Below, piece by piece: positions 45,151 through 53,948 of a DNA stretch of 64,000 nt. Within the stretch, counting starts at the first letter, position 1; each line of letters starts with the position of its first letter. The DNA is taken from contig CAOJZM010000003.1 in assembly GCA_948466185.1 (NCBI GenBank), positions 2,578 through 66,577 on the forward strand. The letters are read 5' to 3'. The notes beneath the pieces are model-generated. The model had not been told where the DNA came from. It searched no databases and saw nothing but the letters and a program-made list of their open reading frames with translations. The position numbers were made by a program, and so were the translations under genes. The stretch is from an uncultured Christensenella sp. (lineage in GTDB: Bacteria > Bacillota > Clostridia > Christensenellales > UBA1242).

Positions 45151-47979
45151 ATGCCTAAAATCAAACGACGTCTTGACAATATTGTTTTGCCAAATGAGGA
45201 CGAACTTGCAATTATTGAAGAGTTTATTAAATCAAAACCTGAGGTGAAAGCAATTGTAAACTCACTGCAACAGACTTTTAATAAACATTTTTGCTTTGAA
45301 GACGCCGAAATCAGAGTTTATATTTACAATATTTGCAAGGACCTTGAAGCGAAAACCGTTAAAGATTTCAATGCTCTGTTTACAAGTTTTGCTGTAAATG
45401 ATGTTGACGACTTTGATCGTGCAAATCGTCAAGAGATTGCAAGGGGAATCATCGATAATGCAATCGGGCTTTATAAGGAAGAAAATAAAAATATTGAAGA
45501 AAGTTTTATAGAGGTTCTTGAAGAGGCTAAACGACAAAATATTGATCCTTTTAAACTTGCGATCAAAACTAACATGCAACTTGCCACAAGAGAAAGTTTC
45601 TTAGAGGCTGTCACCACATTAACAAAAGCAAAATATCATGACACAAATTTGAACATAGAACAAACACTAATAGAGGATGATGAACTTAAACGCATTTTAG
45701 AAAAATGCCCATCTGTTGCCTGCAAAGCAACAGAAAGTGCAACTGCTGAAATACTTTCACTTCTAAATGGACTGTTTTGGGATAAAGAGAAGAAAGGATA
45801 TGCCTATGATGTTCGTCATATTATTAAATCTACCCCTTCATTACTTCTTCAAAATCCAAGCGATATTGCCAAAACTATTGAAATGTTGGAACTTTTCTTT
45901 GCAGATGAGGGGAGAGATAAACTTCTTGCCAGAATTAAGAAATCTCCTTCTATTTTAATGGTTGATTTTAATAAAGTTTCTAAATTTAATGTTATCCTGA
46001 CGAGGAGTATTGAAAATATATTGATCAGCAAAAAAGATAAAACTAGTGAGGAGAAGGAACCTTTAAAATATGCTCAGAGAATATCTGATGAATTTGTACT
46101 CGATTTAGACCACCTTACACAAATTGATAAGCTCAAACTTGAATATGTGGATGACAATGCAAAGATTTTAACAAAATATCTTGGAGAAGATAATGCAATT
46201 ATCTGCCTAAAAAATATGACCGTGCTTGGCTCTGATCCAAAATTTCTTGAATGTATGCTTGCGTGCATTGTTCAAGAGGACCAACTTGCTCATTCAACTT
46301 CTCTGCGACAGGCTTTTGTAAGTAATCCATATGCCGCTTTAACAAAAGTGAAGGAAAGTGTTAAAGCAAATAAACAAAAGCAAACAAGTGATGAAGAATT
46401 AGATGTCGAAAAAGCACCAAAAGAATCTCTTGTGATTGGAGATTTCCCTGAAATATTTATTCCTCAAAATGAATTTGATGCAATCAAAAAGCGAGCAGGA
46501 AACGCTAAAAGCCACGACACCTCCATTCTCCTTGAAAAATTAAAGAAAAACGCAGAGGAAATGGAGCGTCTTAAAAAGGAAGAAGAGGAAAGACTGGCTG
46601 CTGAGCGAGCTCGTCTTGAAGAAGAAGCACGAATCGCTGATGAAGCACGAAGAGAGCGTAACAGACAGGCAAGGCTTGAGAAAAAGGCACTTAAAAAAAC
46701 AACAAGCAGAAGACAAATACAAAATGCGAACAGAAGCATTCAATATGACTCCACCTCAACATCTAAGCCAACAGTTCAAACGATTGAACTTAGTTTGGAA
46801 GAAAAACAAGCAAAAAGGCGCGAAAAAGCCACTCCTATCAAACCTCTTCCAAAAGAAATCAAAAAACAGGATGTATTTAGGATTTTGTATGAGCCTATGA
46901 TCGATGCATTTACAGCGAACGGATATTACCCAAGAAAACTGCCAAGCTTCAATGATATTTCAAGGGCTTATGAAACATATATTAAAGCGTTAGAAAAATC
47001 ACAATTTAATTATGACTCACATATTAAGAACAACAATCTACTTTTACAGAATTCAACATATGGAAAAATAAGTATGATAGCCAGCTTGGCCCAGCATACT
47101 TCTTCGGGTGGTACAATTTTACAAAAAATAGTTCTTGAAAATGAAGCTATGTTACAAGTCGCAACAGAATGTGAAAAAATGTACAGTTCTGCATTTTCAA
47201 GTATGAATGATAGTGATAAGCGTGCAGATATCAAACTACAAAAAATCAACACAAATGATAATCTTTTTATCAAGACAAATATATTTAGAGAAAACATAGG
47301 CCACTATATAGACTCGATTGAAGCTGAAGCTCAAAATTTCTTTGGTGAAGATTATGTAAAAATGTTTTTCCCAAGCGAAAGGGAGGCGGTTCTTCAAGAT
47401 TTAATTAAAACTCTTACAACTCAACTTAATCCACAATGTTACAATTCTCTTATTGTTGAAATGTACATTAATGACTATTACAAAATTATATTTGACGAAT
47501 TAGAACGTTGTGAAATTATCAGCGTCAAATCAGTCGATGAATTTCAAAAATATATGTCAAATAATCCTAATAAAATTGTTAAGAATGCAAACAATACGCC
47601 TCTTCCAAAAAGAATTAATCCACAAAGAAAACAGGCATATATTTCAGCCTCAAAATGTGACGAATTAGGAATTGAAAAGGAAACAGTGATTAAATTCTGT
47701 GGTCAATATCAAGATTTATCCATTCTTTCTTCTGGAAAATGTCATGACGTTTACCTTTCCCTAATTCCAGATACTAAAGATATACATTTTATTTACTTTG
47801 AAGATGAAGAAAATGATACAGAAATGGTTTACGAATTAAAAAATGGCAGCCCTGAATATACAGGTATTCCACCTGTTGCCTTATTCCCAAAGCTTAATGA
47901 AGAATATAAAAAAATTAATGAGGGAAATAATAAAGACAAGAACTCTTCTGACGGAGAAGATGAAGGGGGAAATAGTTAA
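45151..47979 (+). CDS. large hypothetical protein (942 aa) with helical repeats, central charged coiled coil and acidic tail
   Basis: RBS AAGGAG. Roughly 33-aa repeats of the type I-x-K-x-PS-x-L. KKEEEERLAAERARLEEEARIADEARRERNRQARLEKK segment. No catalytic motif recognised. Confidence 0.7.
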   Translation: MPKIKRRLDNIVLPNEDELAIIEEFIKSKPEVKAIVNSLQQTFNKHFCFEDAEIRVYIYNICKDLEAKTVKDFNALFTSFAVNDVDDFDRANRQEIARGIIDNAIGLYKEENKNIEESFIEVLEEAKRQNIDPFKLAIKTNMQLATRESFLEAVTTLTKAKYHDTNLNIEQTLIEDDELKRILEKCPSVACKATESATAEILSLLNGLFWDKEKKGYAYDVRHIIKSTPSLLLQNPSDIAKTIEMLELFFADEGRDKLLARIKKSPSILMVDFNKVSKFNVILTRSIENILISKKDKTSEEKEPLKYAQRISDEFVLDLDHLTQIDKLKLEYVDDNAKILTKYLGEDNAIICLKNMTVLGSDPKFLECMLACIVQEDQLAHSTSLRQAFVSNPYAALTKVKESVKANKQKQTSDEELDVEKAPKESLVIGDFPEIFIPQNEFDAIKKRAGNAKSHDTSILLEKLKKNAEEMERLKKEEEERLAAERARLEEEARIADEARRERNRQARLEKKALKKTTSRRQIQNANRSIQYDSTSTSKPTVQTIELSLEEKQAKRREKATPIKPLPKEIKKQDVFRILYEPMIDAFTANGYYPRKLPSFNDISRAYETYIKALEKSQFNYDSHIKNNNLLLQNSTYGKISMIASLAQHTSSGGTILQKIVLENEAMLQVATECEKMYSSAFSSMNDSDKRADIKLQKINTNDNLFIKTNIFRENIGHYIDSIEAEAQNFFGEDYVKMFFPSEREAVLQDLIKTLTTQLNPQCYNSLIVEMYINDYYKIIFDELERCEIISVKSVDEFQKYMSNNPNKIVKNANNTPLPKRINPQRKQAYISASKCDELGIEKETVIKFCGQYQDLSILSSGKCHDVYLSLIPDTKDIHFIYFEDEENDTEMVYELKNGSPEYTGIPPVALFPKLNEEYKKINEGNNKDKNSSDGEDEGGNS

Positions 47980-47982
47980 AAT

Positions 47983-48011
47983 AAAAAGTGACTTTTAACA
48001 AGTCACTTTTT
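47983..48011 (+). terminator. rho-independent terminator
   Basis: AAAAGTGACTT-ttaac-AAGTCACTTTT followed by T. Confidence 0.7.
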
Positions 48012-48165
48012 ATTTACAAAGATGTACATTTTGTAAAAAGATGTCTAAATTTAATAGATATATGTACCCCTGGACTTGCAAGCTGCATATTTCTTATTAG
48101 AAAGCCTTAAAAACATTTGCAAAAATGAAGGATTTAATGTAAACTTATTTTCAAGGAGTTTACAT

Positions 48166-48732
48166 ATGCAAAATGATATTGAAGAAATTTTAATTTCTTG
48201 TGGTGAGGAACTGGATAAAGCTTTGGCTCATCAAAGAAATGAATATCTCGTTATTCGAGCTGGACGCGCTAATCCACACATTCTTGATAAGATTTACATT
48301 GATTATTACGGAGTACCAACACCAATCAACCAAATGGCAAGCATAACGGTTCCTGAAGCAAGGATTCTCGCAATTTCTGTTTGGGACGCAAGTCAAATCA
48401 AAAATGTTGTAAAAGCCATAGCTGCATCTGATATTGGCATCACGCCAAGTGATGATGGAAAAATTATAAGACTTACCTTTCCGATGCTTACAGAGGAACG
48501 TCGTCGCGAAATCGTGAAAAATGTTAAGAAAATCGCAGAGGATACTAAGGTGGCGATTCGCGGAGCAAGAAGAGACGCTATGGAAATGTTGAAAGACCTT
48601 CAAAAAGAAGGCACAATTTCTGAAGATGAACTTTCAACTGCTGAAAAAGAAGTTCAAAAACTTATCGACACCTATGGTGATAAGATTGATGATGCATCTA
48701 AAGCAAAAGAAAAAGAAATCATGGAGGTTTAA
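48166..48732 (+). CDS. frr: ribosome recycling factor
   Basis: ATG 48166 after AAGGAG. RAGRANPHILDKIYIDYYG, LTEERRREIVKNVKK motifs. The ORF-track extension to 48076 lacks support. Confidence 0.94.
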   Translation: MQNDIEEILISCGEELDKALAHQRNEYLVIRAGRANPHILDKIYIDYYGVPTPINQMASITVPEARILAISVWDASQIKNVVKAIAASDIGITPSDDGKIIRLTFPMLTEERRREIVKNVKKIAEDTKVAIRGARRDAMEMLKDLQKEGTISEDELSTAEKEVQKLIDTYGDKIDDASKAKEKEIMEV

Positions 48733-48782
48733 AACCGAAAATTGTTATCCATGTTTTTAGGGCAAAATAAAGGGTTTATTAT

Positions 48783-49487
48783 ATGTTCAAAAAATCATCT
48801 ATCAAAAACTTACCTAATCACATTGGAATAATTATGGACGGTAACGGCAGATGGGCAAGTTTACAAGGTATGCCTCGAAATATGGGACATAAAGAGGGTA
48901 TCAATGCCGTTGAGCGAACAATAGATGCTCTAATCAAATTTAATATAAAAGTTGTAACCTTTTTCGCCTTTTCCACTGAAAACTGGAAAAGAAGCCAAGA
49001 AGAAATTGACGGTATATTTAATTTGACGAGAGATTTTATCAAATCTAAAAGAGAAAACTTTAAAAAACGTGGAATCAAAATCACAACAATGGGAGATTGC
49101 ACCAAATTCCCTGATGACTTGCAACATGAACTTCAGGTTATTAAAGATGACACAAAGGACAATAATAATATCGTTGTAAATCTTGCACTTAACTATGGGG
49201 GTAGAGCAGACATTGTCCACGCCGTGAATAATCTTATTTCACAGGGAGAAACAGAGGTGACAGAAGAGAAATTATCTTCCAGTCTATACTCCTATCCTCT
49301 GCCTGACCCGGACTTTGTGATAAGAACAAGCGGGGAGGAAAGGATATCAAATTTCATGCTATATCAAATAGCTTATTCTGAATTTTATTTTACACCAGTT
49401 TTATGGCCAGATTTCAACGAAAGACATCTTCGAAAGGCGTTAAAAAACTTTTCAAAACGTAATCGAAGATTTGGAGGAACAAAATGA
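48783..49487 (+). CDS. uppS: isoprenyl transferase (undecaprenyl diphosphate synthase)
   Basis: HIGIIMDGNGRWA, FAFSTENWKR, IRTSGEERISNFMLYQIAYSEFYF motifs. Confidence 0.95.
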   Translation: MFKKSSIKNLPNHIGIIMDGNGRWASLQGMPRNMGHKEGINAVERTIDALIKFNIKVVTFFAFSTENWKRSQEEIDGIFNLTRDFIKSKRENFKKRGIKITTMGDCTKFPDDLQHELQVIKDDTKDNNNIVVNLALNYGGRADIVHAVNNLISQGETEVTEEKLSSSLYSYPLPDPDFVIRTSGEERISNFMLYQIAYSEFYFTPVLWPDFNERHLRKALKNFSKRNRRFGGTK

Positions 49488-50449
49488 AAAAACGTATTAT
49501 AACATCAATTGAAATTGTTTTTGTATTGGCACTTGCATTTGTGCTTAAATGCTTAGTTTCTGACTATTTCTTTGATGCACTTATCTTATTTATTGCTTGC
49601 TTTGCAGCATTTGAAACATCCAAGTTATTTACAAAAATGGGGAAATATAATTACAGCATTCTTGCCACTGTTTTTCCTGTTGTATTGTTAATTTCAAATC
49701 TTATAGGAATAATTTATGATAAAAATGTTGGACTTACCTTTACTCTTTTAATTGATTTCGCATTGATTGTACTTTTCTTTGGCATTGCTTTTATATATGG
49801 ACTTATAAATACAAAGAAATCCTTAAACGAAATGAAAATCAGAAAAGAGAAAATTTCCTTATCTAAATATGCATTTAATAAAGCTTTTAATACAAGTGTT
49901 ACATTTATATATCCAAGCTTTCTTATCATGTTTATGAATTTCTTAAACCACATAGACAGCCTTACAACATCTTTTGCTAGTGTGGACAAGTTTGGTGGAT
50001 ATTTATCTTTAACTGTTTTATTATTTATGTTTCTAATACCAATATTTACCGATACTTTTGCATATATTACTGGTGGATTAATTGGAGGAAGAAAACTCGC
50101 ACCTAAGATCAGTCCTAAGAAAACCATTTCTGGTGCGGTTGGTGGAACGATTTGGTGTGTTCTTCTTTCAGTTTGCACTTATTTCATCCTTAATTCAATT
50201 CCAGCCATCTATAGTGCTTTTTCTGTAAGCGGTTTTGCTTTCTGGCAGGTGCTTTTGATATCATTATTTGGTTCTATGCTTTGCCAATTTGGTGATTTGT
50301 TTGAGTCTTATTTGAAACGTAAGGCAGATGTCAAAGACAGCGGCAAAATCTTACCTGGTCATGGTGGAATGCTTGATAGATTTGACTCATACATTTTTGT
50401 TGCACCTTATCTTCTTCTTGCCTTTGGAATTCTTGTTATGGTTATTTAA
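49484..50449 (+). CDS. cdsA: phosphatidate cytidylyltransferase
   Basis: Polytopic. C-terminal signature SYLKRKADVKDSGKILPGHGGMLDRFDS. Overlaps the uppS stop by 4 nt. Confidence 0.92.
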   Translation: MKKRIITSIEIVFVLALAFVLKCLVSDYFFDALILFIACFAAFETSKLFTKMGKYNYSILATVFPVVLLISNLIGIIYDKNVGLTFTLLIDFALIVLFFGIAFIYGLINTKKSLNEMKIRKEKISLSKYAFNKAFNTSVTFIYPSFLIMFMNFLNHIDSLTTSFASVDKFGGYLSLTVLLFMFLIPIFTDTFAYITGGLIGGRKLAPKISPKKTISGAVGGTIWCVLLSVCTYFILNSIPAIYSAFSVSGFAFWQVLLISLFGSMLCQFGDLFESYLKRKADVKDSGKILPGHGGMLDRFDSYIFVAPYLLLAFGILVMVI

Positions 50450-50471
50450 ATTATAATTAATGTGAGGGAAA

Positions 50472-51785
50472 ATGATTGTTCTTTATCTTCTTCTTGCCGT
50501 AGTTGTACTTCTTTTCATGGTTTTAGTTCATGAACTTGGACACTATGTTGTGGGACGTATTTTAAAATTTAAAATTGAAGAATTTTCCATAGGGTTTGGT
50601 AAAGCAATATTTTCCAAAACAAACAAACGCGGAGAAAAAATTTCTTTGCGTATTTTTCCGCTCGGTGGTTACTGTGCTTTTGCAGGGGAAGATGGCAACG
50701 ATAAAGACGGAAAACCGATCACTGACAACTCTGCCTTTACAAATCAAAAACCTTGGAAAAGAATTTTAGTTTTTCTTGCTGGTGTATCTTTTAATTTCTT
50801 AACTGCAATTATATTCTCTTTTATCCTGCTTGTAAGTGTGGGATATGATATCCCTCGCTATCAAAAGCCAATCACCTTCCAGCATGTTATAAATTATGAA
50901 CTATCTGAGAATTATAATCCAGAATTAAACTCTCTTCAAGAGGGTGATGTTGTTTTCTATGTGAATGGAACAAAGGTGGACTTTGCTTATAGTTACAACT
51001 TTTCAGACCTTGTGTCCATGGAAGTGAAAAATTTGGAAACATGGTTAAAAGATAATCCTGACAAAAGCTTTAAAGACCATCCAGCAGTGAAATATTCTCT
51101 ACGCCGTGATGGCGAAATGATGGATGTTGACATGTACTTCACAAAAGTAACCTATCTTGTGTTTGACAGTGAGGGCAAACCTGTTTATGAATATGAACGC
51201 GATGAAAATAACAATATTGTCAAAGATGAAAATGGTCAAAACAAATTTAAGCTAGACGAAGAAGGAAATAAAATTCAACAAACCAACACCGCGTATGCAC
51301 TTGGCGGATACATGTTAATAGGGGAAGATGGAAATCCAGTTTTAGATGAAAATGGCCAAATGACCCTAATGTATCTTCACTATGAACCTTACAGACATTC
51401 CTTTGTTGAAGCACTTGCAAGGTGTATACCGTTTGCATTTGGTCTTGCTTGGATTGTTCTTAAAAGCCTTTGGATGCTTATCACCTTCCAAGTAAGCATA
51501 AGCCAAATAGGTGGTCCTATTGCAACGATTACTATGATTGCATCTGTCGCTCAACAAAGCATGACCAATCTTCTTGTTCTGATACCATTAATTTCGGCCA
51601 ATCTTGCCGTATTTAACCTTCTTCCTATTCCAGCCCTTGATGGTGCACATGTTGTCTTTACAACAATAGAATGGATACGTAAAAAGCCAATCAAGCGGGA
51701 AATTGAGAATATGATACACAGCATTGGACTTATGGTTTTATTTGGACTCGTAATATTGATTGACATACTGCATTTTGTGTTGTAA
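50472..51785 (+). CDS. rseP: RIP site-2 metalloprotease RseP/RasP
   Basis: HELGHY zinc motif in TM1, PDZ-like insert, C-terminal NLLPIPALDGAH. Confidence 0.92.
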   Translation: MIVLYLLLAVVVLLFMVLVHELGHYVVGRILKFKIEEFSIGFGKAIFSKTNKRGEKISLRIFPLGGYCAFAGEDGNDKDGKPITDNSAFTNQKPWKRILVFLAGVSFNFLTAIIFSFILLVSVGYDIPRYQKPITFQHVINYELSENYNPELNSLQEGDVVFYVNGTKVDFAYSYNFSDLVSMEVKNLETWLKDNPDKSFKDHPAVKYSLRRDGEMMDVDMYFTKVTYLVFDSEGKPVYEYERDENNNIVKDENGQNKFKLDEEGNKIQQTNTAYALGGYMLIGEDGNPVLDENGQMTLMYLHYEPYRHSFVEALARCIPFAFGLAWIVLKSLWMLITFQVSISQIGGPIATITMIASVAQQSMTNLLVLIPLISANLAVFNLLPIPALDGAHVVFTTIEWIRKKPIKREIENMIHSIGLMVLFGLVILIDILHFVL

Positions 51786-51794
51786 AATGTAGAT

Positions 51795-53336
51795 ATGGAT
51801 ATTCTTACAGAGAAAATAAATAAAAATTTTAATAATGAATTTGCAAATTTAAAACTCTTTGATGTGGTTTATGATAAAGGTCTTAATGTTTGCTCTATAA
51901 CCTTTCTTTATCCCTTTAATATGGATGAACTGAAAGTCGAGGAACGTGAAAAACTTACAAACTTCGTCAGAGAGTTTTTGTCACTTAATGCAAAGGTAAG
52001 GATAAAGTTAAAAAAAAGTTTTCTTGATAAAAATTTGATTATTAAAGAAATCAATAATTATTTTGAAGGGGAACATAAGGGTATTTTTCCATATATTTTC
52101 CAAGAAAATATCTCAATTGAATCAAACGATTTTGATATAAAAATATTCATAGGAATAAATAAAGATATTCTGTCTATGCTTGACGAAGGTAAAATAAAGA
52201 CTAATATCAAAAAATTCCTTGAAAGACGTTTTATTGCAAATTTTGATATCGAATTCGGTGAAATTGAAGAGCAGCTTCCTTCAGAAATTGAATTTGAAGA
52301 TATACCTCCAACACAAACTTCTGTACCAAGATATGAGGTCGAAGTGCTGGGTAAATTTGTTGGGGGAGAAATATCGCCAAGACCAGAATACATACAAAAC
52401 AACACAAAGCCAAAAGCTTCTGTTATTCTTGCTGGAATAATAACCAATATATCAAATAAAACATTTAAAATAAAAAAGGGCAAGCGTGAAGGTCAGGATA
52501 AATATCTATATAATTTTAATTTAAGCGATGAAAATACAATAGACTGTGTTTATTTTTGTCCAAAAACCTATGAAAAAAGAATGGAAAAACTTGATGAGGG
52601 CATGTACATGCTTTGCCTTGGTGACTTAAAAACTGGGCTAAGCGGAAAGCTTACCTATTACATTAAAAGCATGCAATATGCAAACAAAAAATCCAGCTTA
52701 AAACTTATAAATACACAGACAGTTAAAAGCGAAACTCATAAACAAGTTGTATTTCCTGAACCGCTGCCATCTTCTTCTCAAGCAAATTTGTTTGAAGATA
52801 AACCAAAGTATAACGACTTCATTTTAAATAATGATATCGTGGTATTTGACGTTGAAACAACAGGTCTTGAATATGAAACATGTGAAATTATCGAACTTGG
52901 AGCTGTTAAAATCGAAAAAGGACACATAAAAGAAAGGTTCTCTTCTTATGTTAAACCAAAATCAGAAATTCCTGAAGAAATAACTAAATTAACAGGAATT
53001 ACCAATGAGATGGTGGCACATGCTCCAAGAATAGAAGATGTTATCACCGACTTTTATAATTATACGAGGGGGTGCGTAATAAGCGGTTATAACATTGTGG
53101 GCTTTGATATGAACTTCATCAAAAAAGCAGCCTCCTTGGTTGGTCTAAAATTTGATAATAATCTCATGGACGCTTTTATTATGGCTCGTCAAGCAAATCT
53201 TCGTGCACCCAATTATAAACTGGGCACAGTGGTCAAAGTTTTGGGGCTTACATTAACTGATGCACACAGGGCATATAATGATGCACACGCAACTGCACAA
53301 GTTTTACTGGAACTTAGCAAAGTGAAAAATAAATAG
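51795..53336 (+). CDS. PolC-like N-terminal/OB-fold domain fused to DnaQ-type 3'-5' exonuclease; no PHP or polymerase domains
   Basis: 513 aa. Exo I VVFDVETTGL, Exo II GYNIVGFDMNFI, Exo III HRAYNDAHATAQVL. Upstream segment ASVILAGIITNISNKTFKIKKGKREGQDKYLYNFNLSDENTIDCVYF resembles the PolC OB domain. Occupies the polC position between rseP and rimP. Confidence 0.75.
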   Translation: MDILTEKINKNFNNEFANLKLFDVVYDKGLNVCSITFLYPFNMDELKVEEREKLTNFVREFLSLNAKVRIKLKKSFLDKNLIIKEINNYFEGEHKGIFPYIFQENISIESNDFDIKIFIGINKDILSMLDEGKIKTNIKKFLERRFIANFDIEFGEIEEQLPSEIEFEDIPPTQTSVPRYEVEVLGKFVGGEISPRPEYIQNNTKPKASVILAGIITNISNKTFKIKKGKREGQDKYLYNFNLSDENTIDCVYFCPKTYEKRMEKLDEGMYMLCLGDLKTGLSGKLTYYIKSMQYANKKSSLKLINTQTVKSETHKQVVFPEPLPSSSQANLFEDKPKYNDFILNNDIVVFDVETTGLEYETCEIIELGAVKIEKGHIKERFSSYVKPKSEIPEEITKLTGITNEMVAHAPRIEDVITDFYNYTRGCVISGYNIVGFDMNFIKKAASLVGLKFDNNLMDAFIMARQANLRAPNYKLGTVVKVLGLTLTDAHRAYNDAHATAQVLLELSKVKNK

Positions 53337-53367
53337 TATATATTTAATATTTTTCTTTATAAATTTA

Positions 53368-53396
53368 TTGATTTTTATATTAATATTTGTTATAAT
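53368..53396 (+). promoter_or_regulatory. candidate sigma-A promoter of the rimP-nusA-infB operon
   Basis: TTGATT (53368-53373), 17-nt spacer, TGt-TATAAT (to 53396). Confidence 0.5.
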
Positions 53397-53411
53397 AATA
53401 AAGACTAGATG

Positions 53412-53453
53412 ATGACGCGGGGAGTGAGCAGTATTGTTCACTCCCCGCGTCAT
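53412..53453 (+). promoter_or_regulatory. GC-rich perfect 16-bp hairpin at the 5' end of the rimP leader
   Basis: ATGACGCGGGGAGTGA-gcagtattgt-TCACTCCCCGCGTCAT. No downstream U-tract. Ends 8 nt before the AAGGAGG RBS of rimP. Confidence 0.6.
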
Positions 53454-53471
53454 AGAATAAGGAGGTAAAAT

Positions 53472-53933
53472 TTGGCAGGAAAAGTTAAAACAATAGTCGC
53501 CGAAAAAATTAATCCGGTTATTGAAGAATTGGGATATGAAGTCGTTGACCTTGAATACGTCAAGCAATCCGACGGGATGAATTTGATTTTTTATATTGAT
53601 TGCGACAATGGGGTAAATATTGAAGACTGCGAAAAGGTAAGCAAAATAATTGACCCGTTACTTGAGGAACTAAATCCAACAGACGATAAACCTTACATCC
53701 TAAATGTCAGTTCACCTGGAATTGATAGGCCACTTAAAACTGAAAGGGATTTCCTCCGTAATAAAGGAAAGGAAATTGAAATTACATTGTTTTCAAAAAT
53801 TAATGGTAAAAAAGTTTTTGATGGCGTGCTGGTTTCCTTTAATGAAAAAGATATCGTTATTGAAAATAATAACCAACAATTAACATTTAGTCGTGAAAAA
53901 ATTGCACATATTGTGCCAATAATTAAATTTTAA
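53472..53933 (+). CDS. rimP: ribosome maturation factor RimP
   Basis: TTG start after AAGGAGG. VIEELGYEVVDLEY, LNVSSPGIDRPL motifs. Confidence 0.92.
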   Translation: MAGKVKTIVAEKINPVIEELGYEVVDLEYVKQSDGMNLIFYIDCDNGVNIEDCEKVSKIIDPLLEELNPTDDKPYILNVSSPGIDRPLKTERDFLRNKGKEIEITLFSKINGKKVFDGVLVSFNEKDIVIENNNQQLTFSREKIAHIVPIIKF

Positions 53934-53948
53934 GGAGATTTATTAAAA

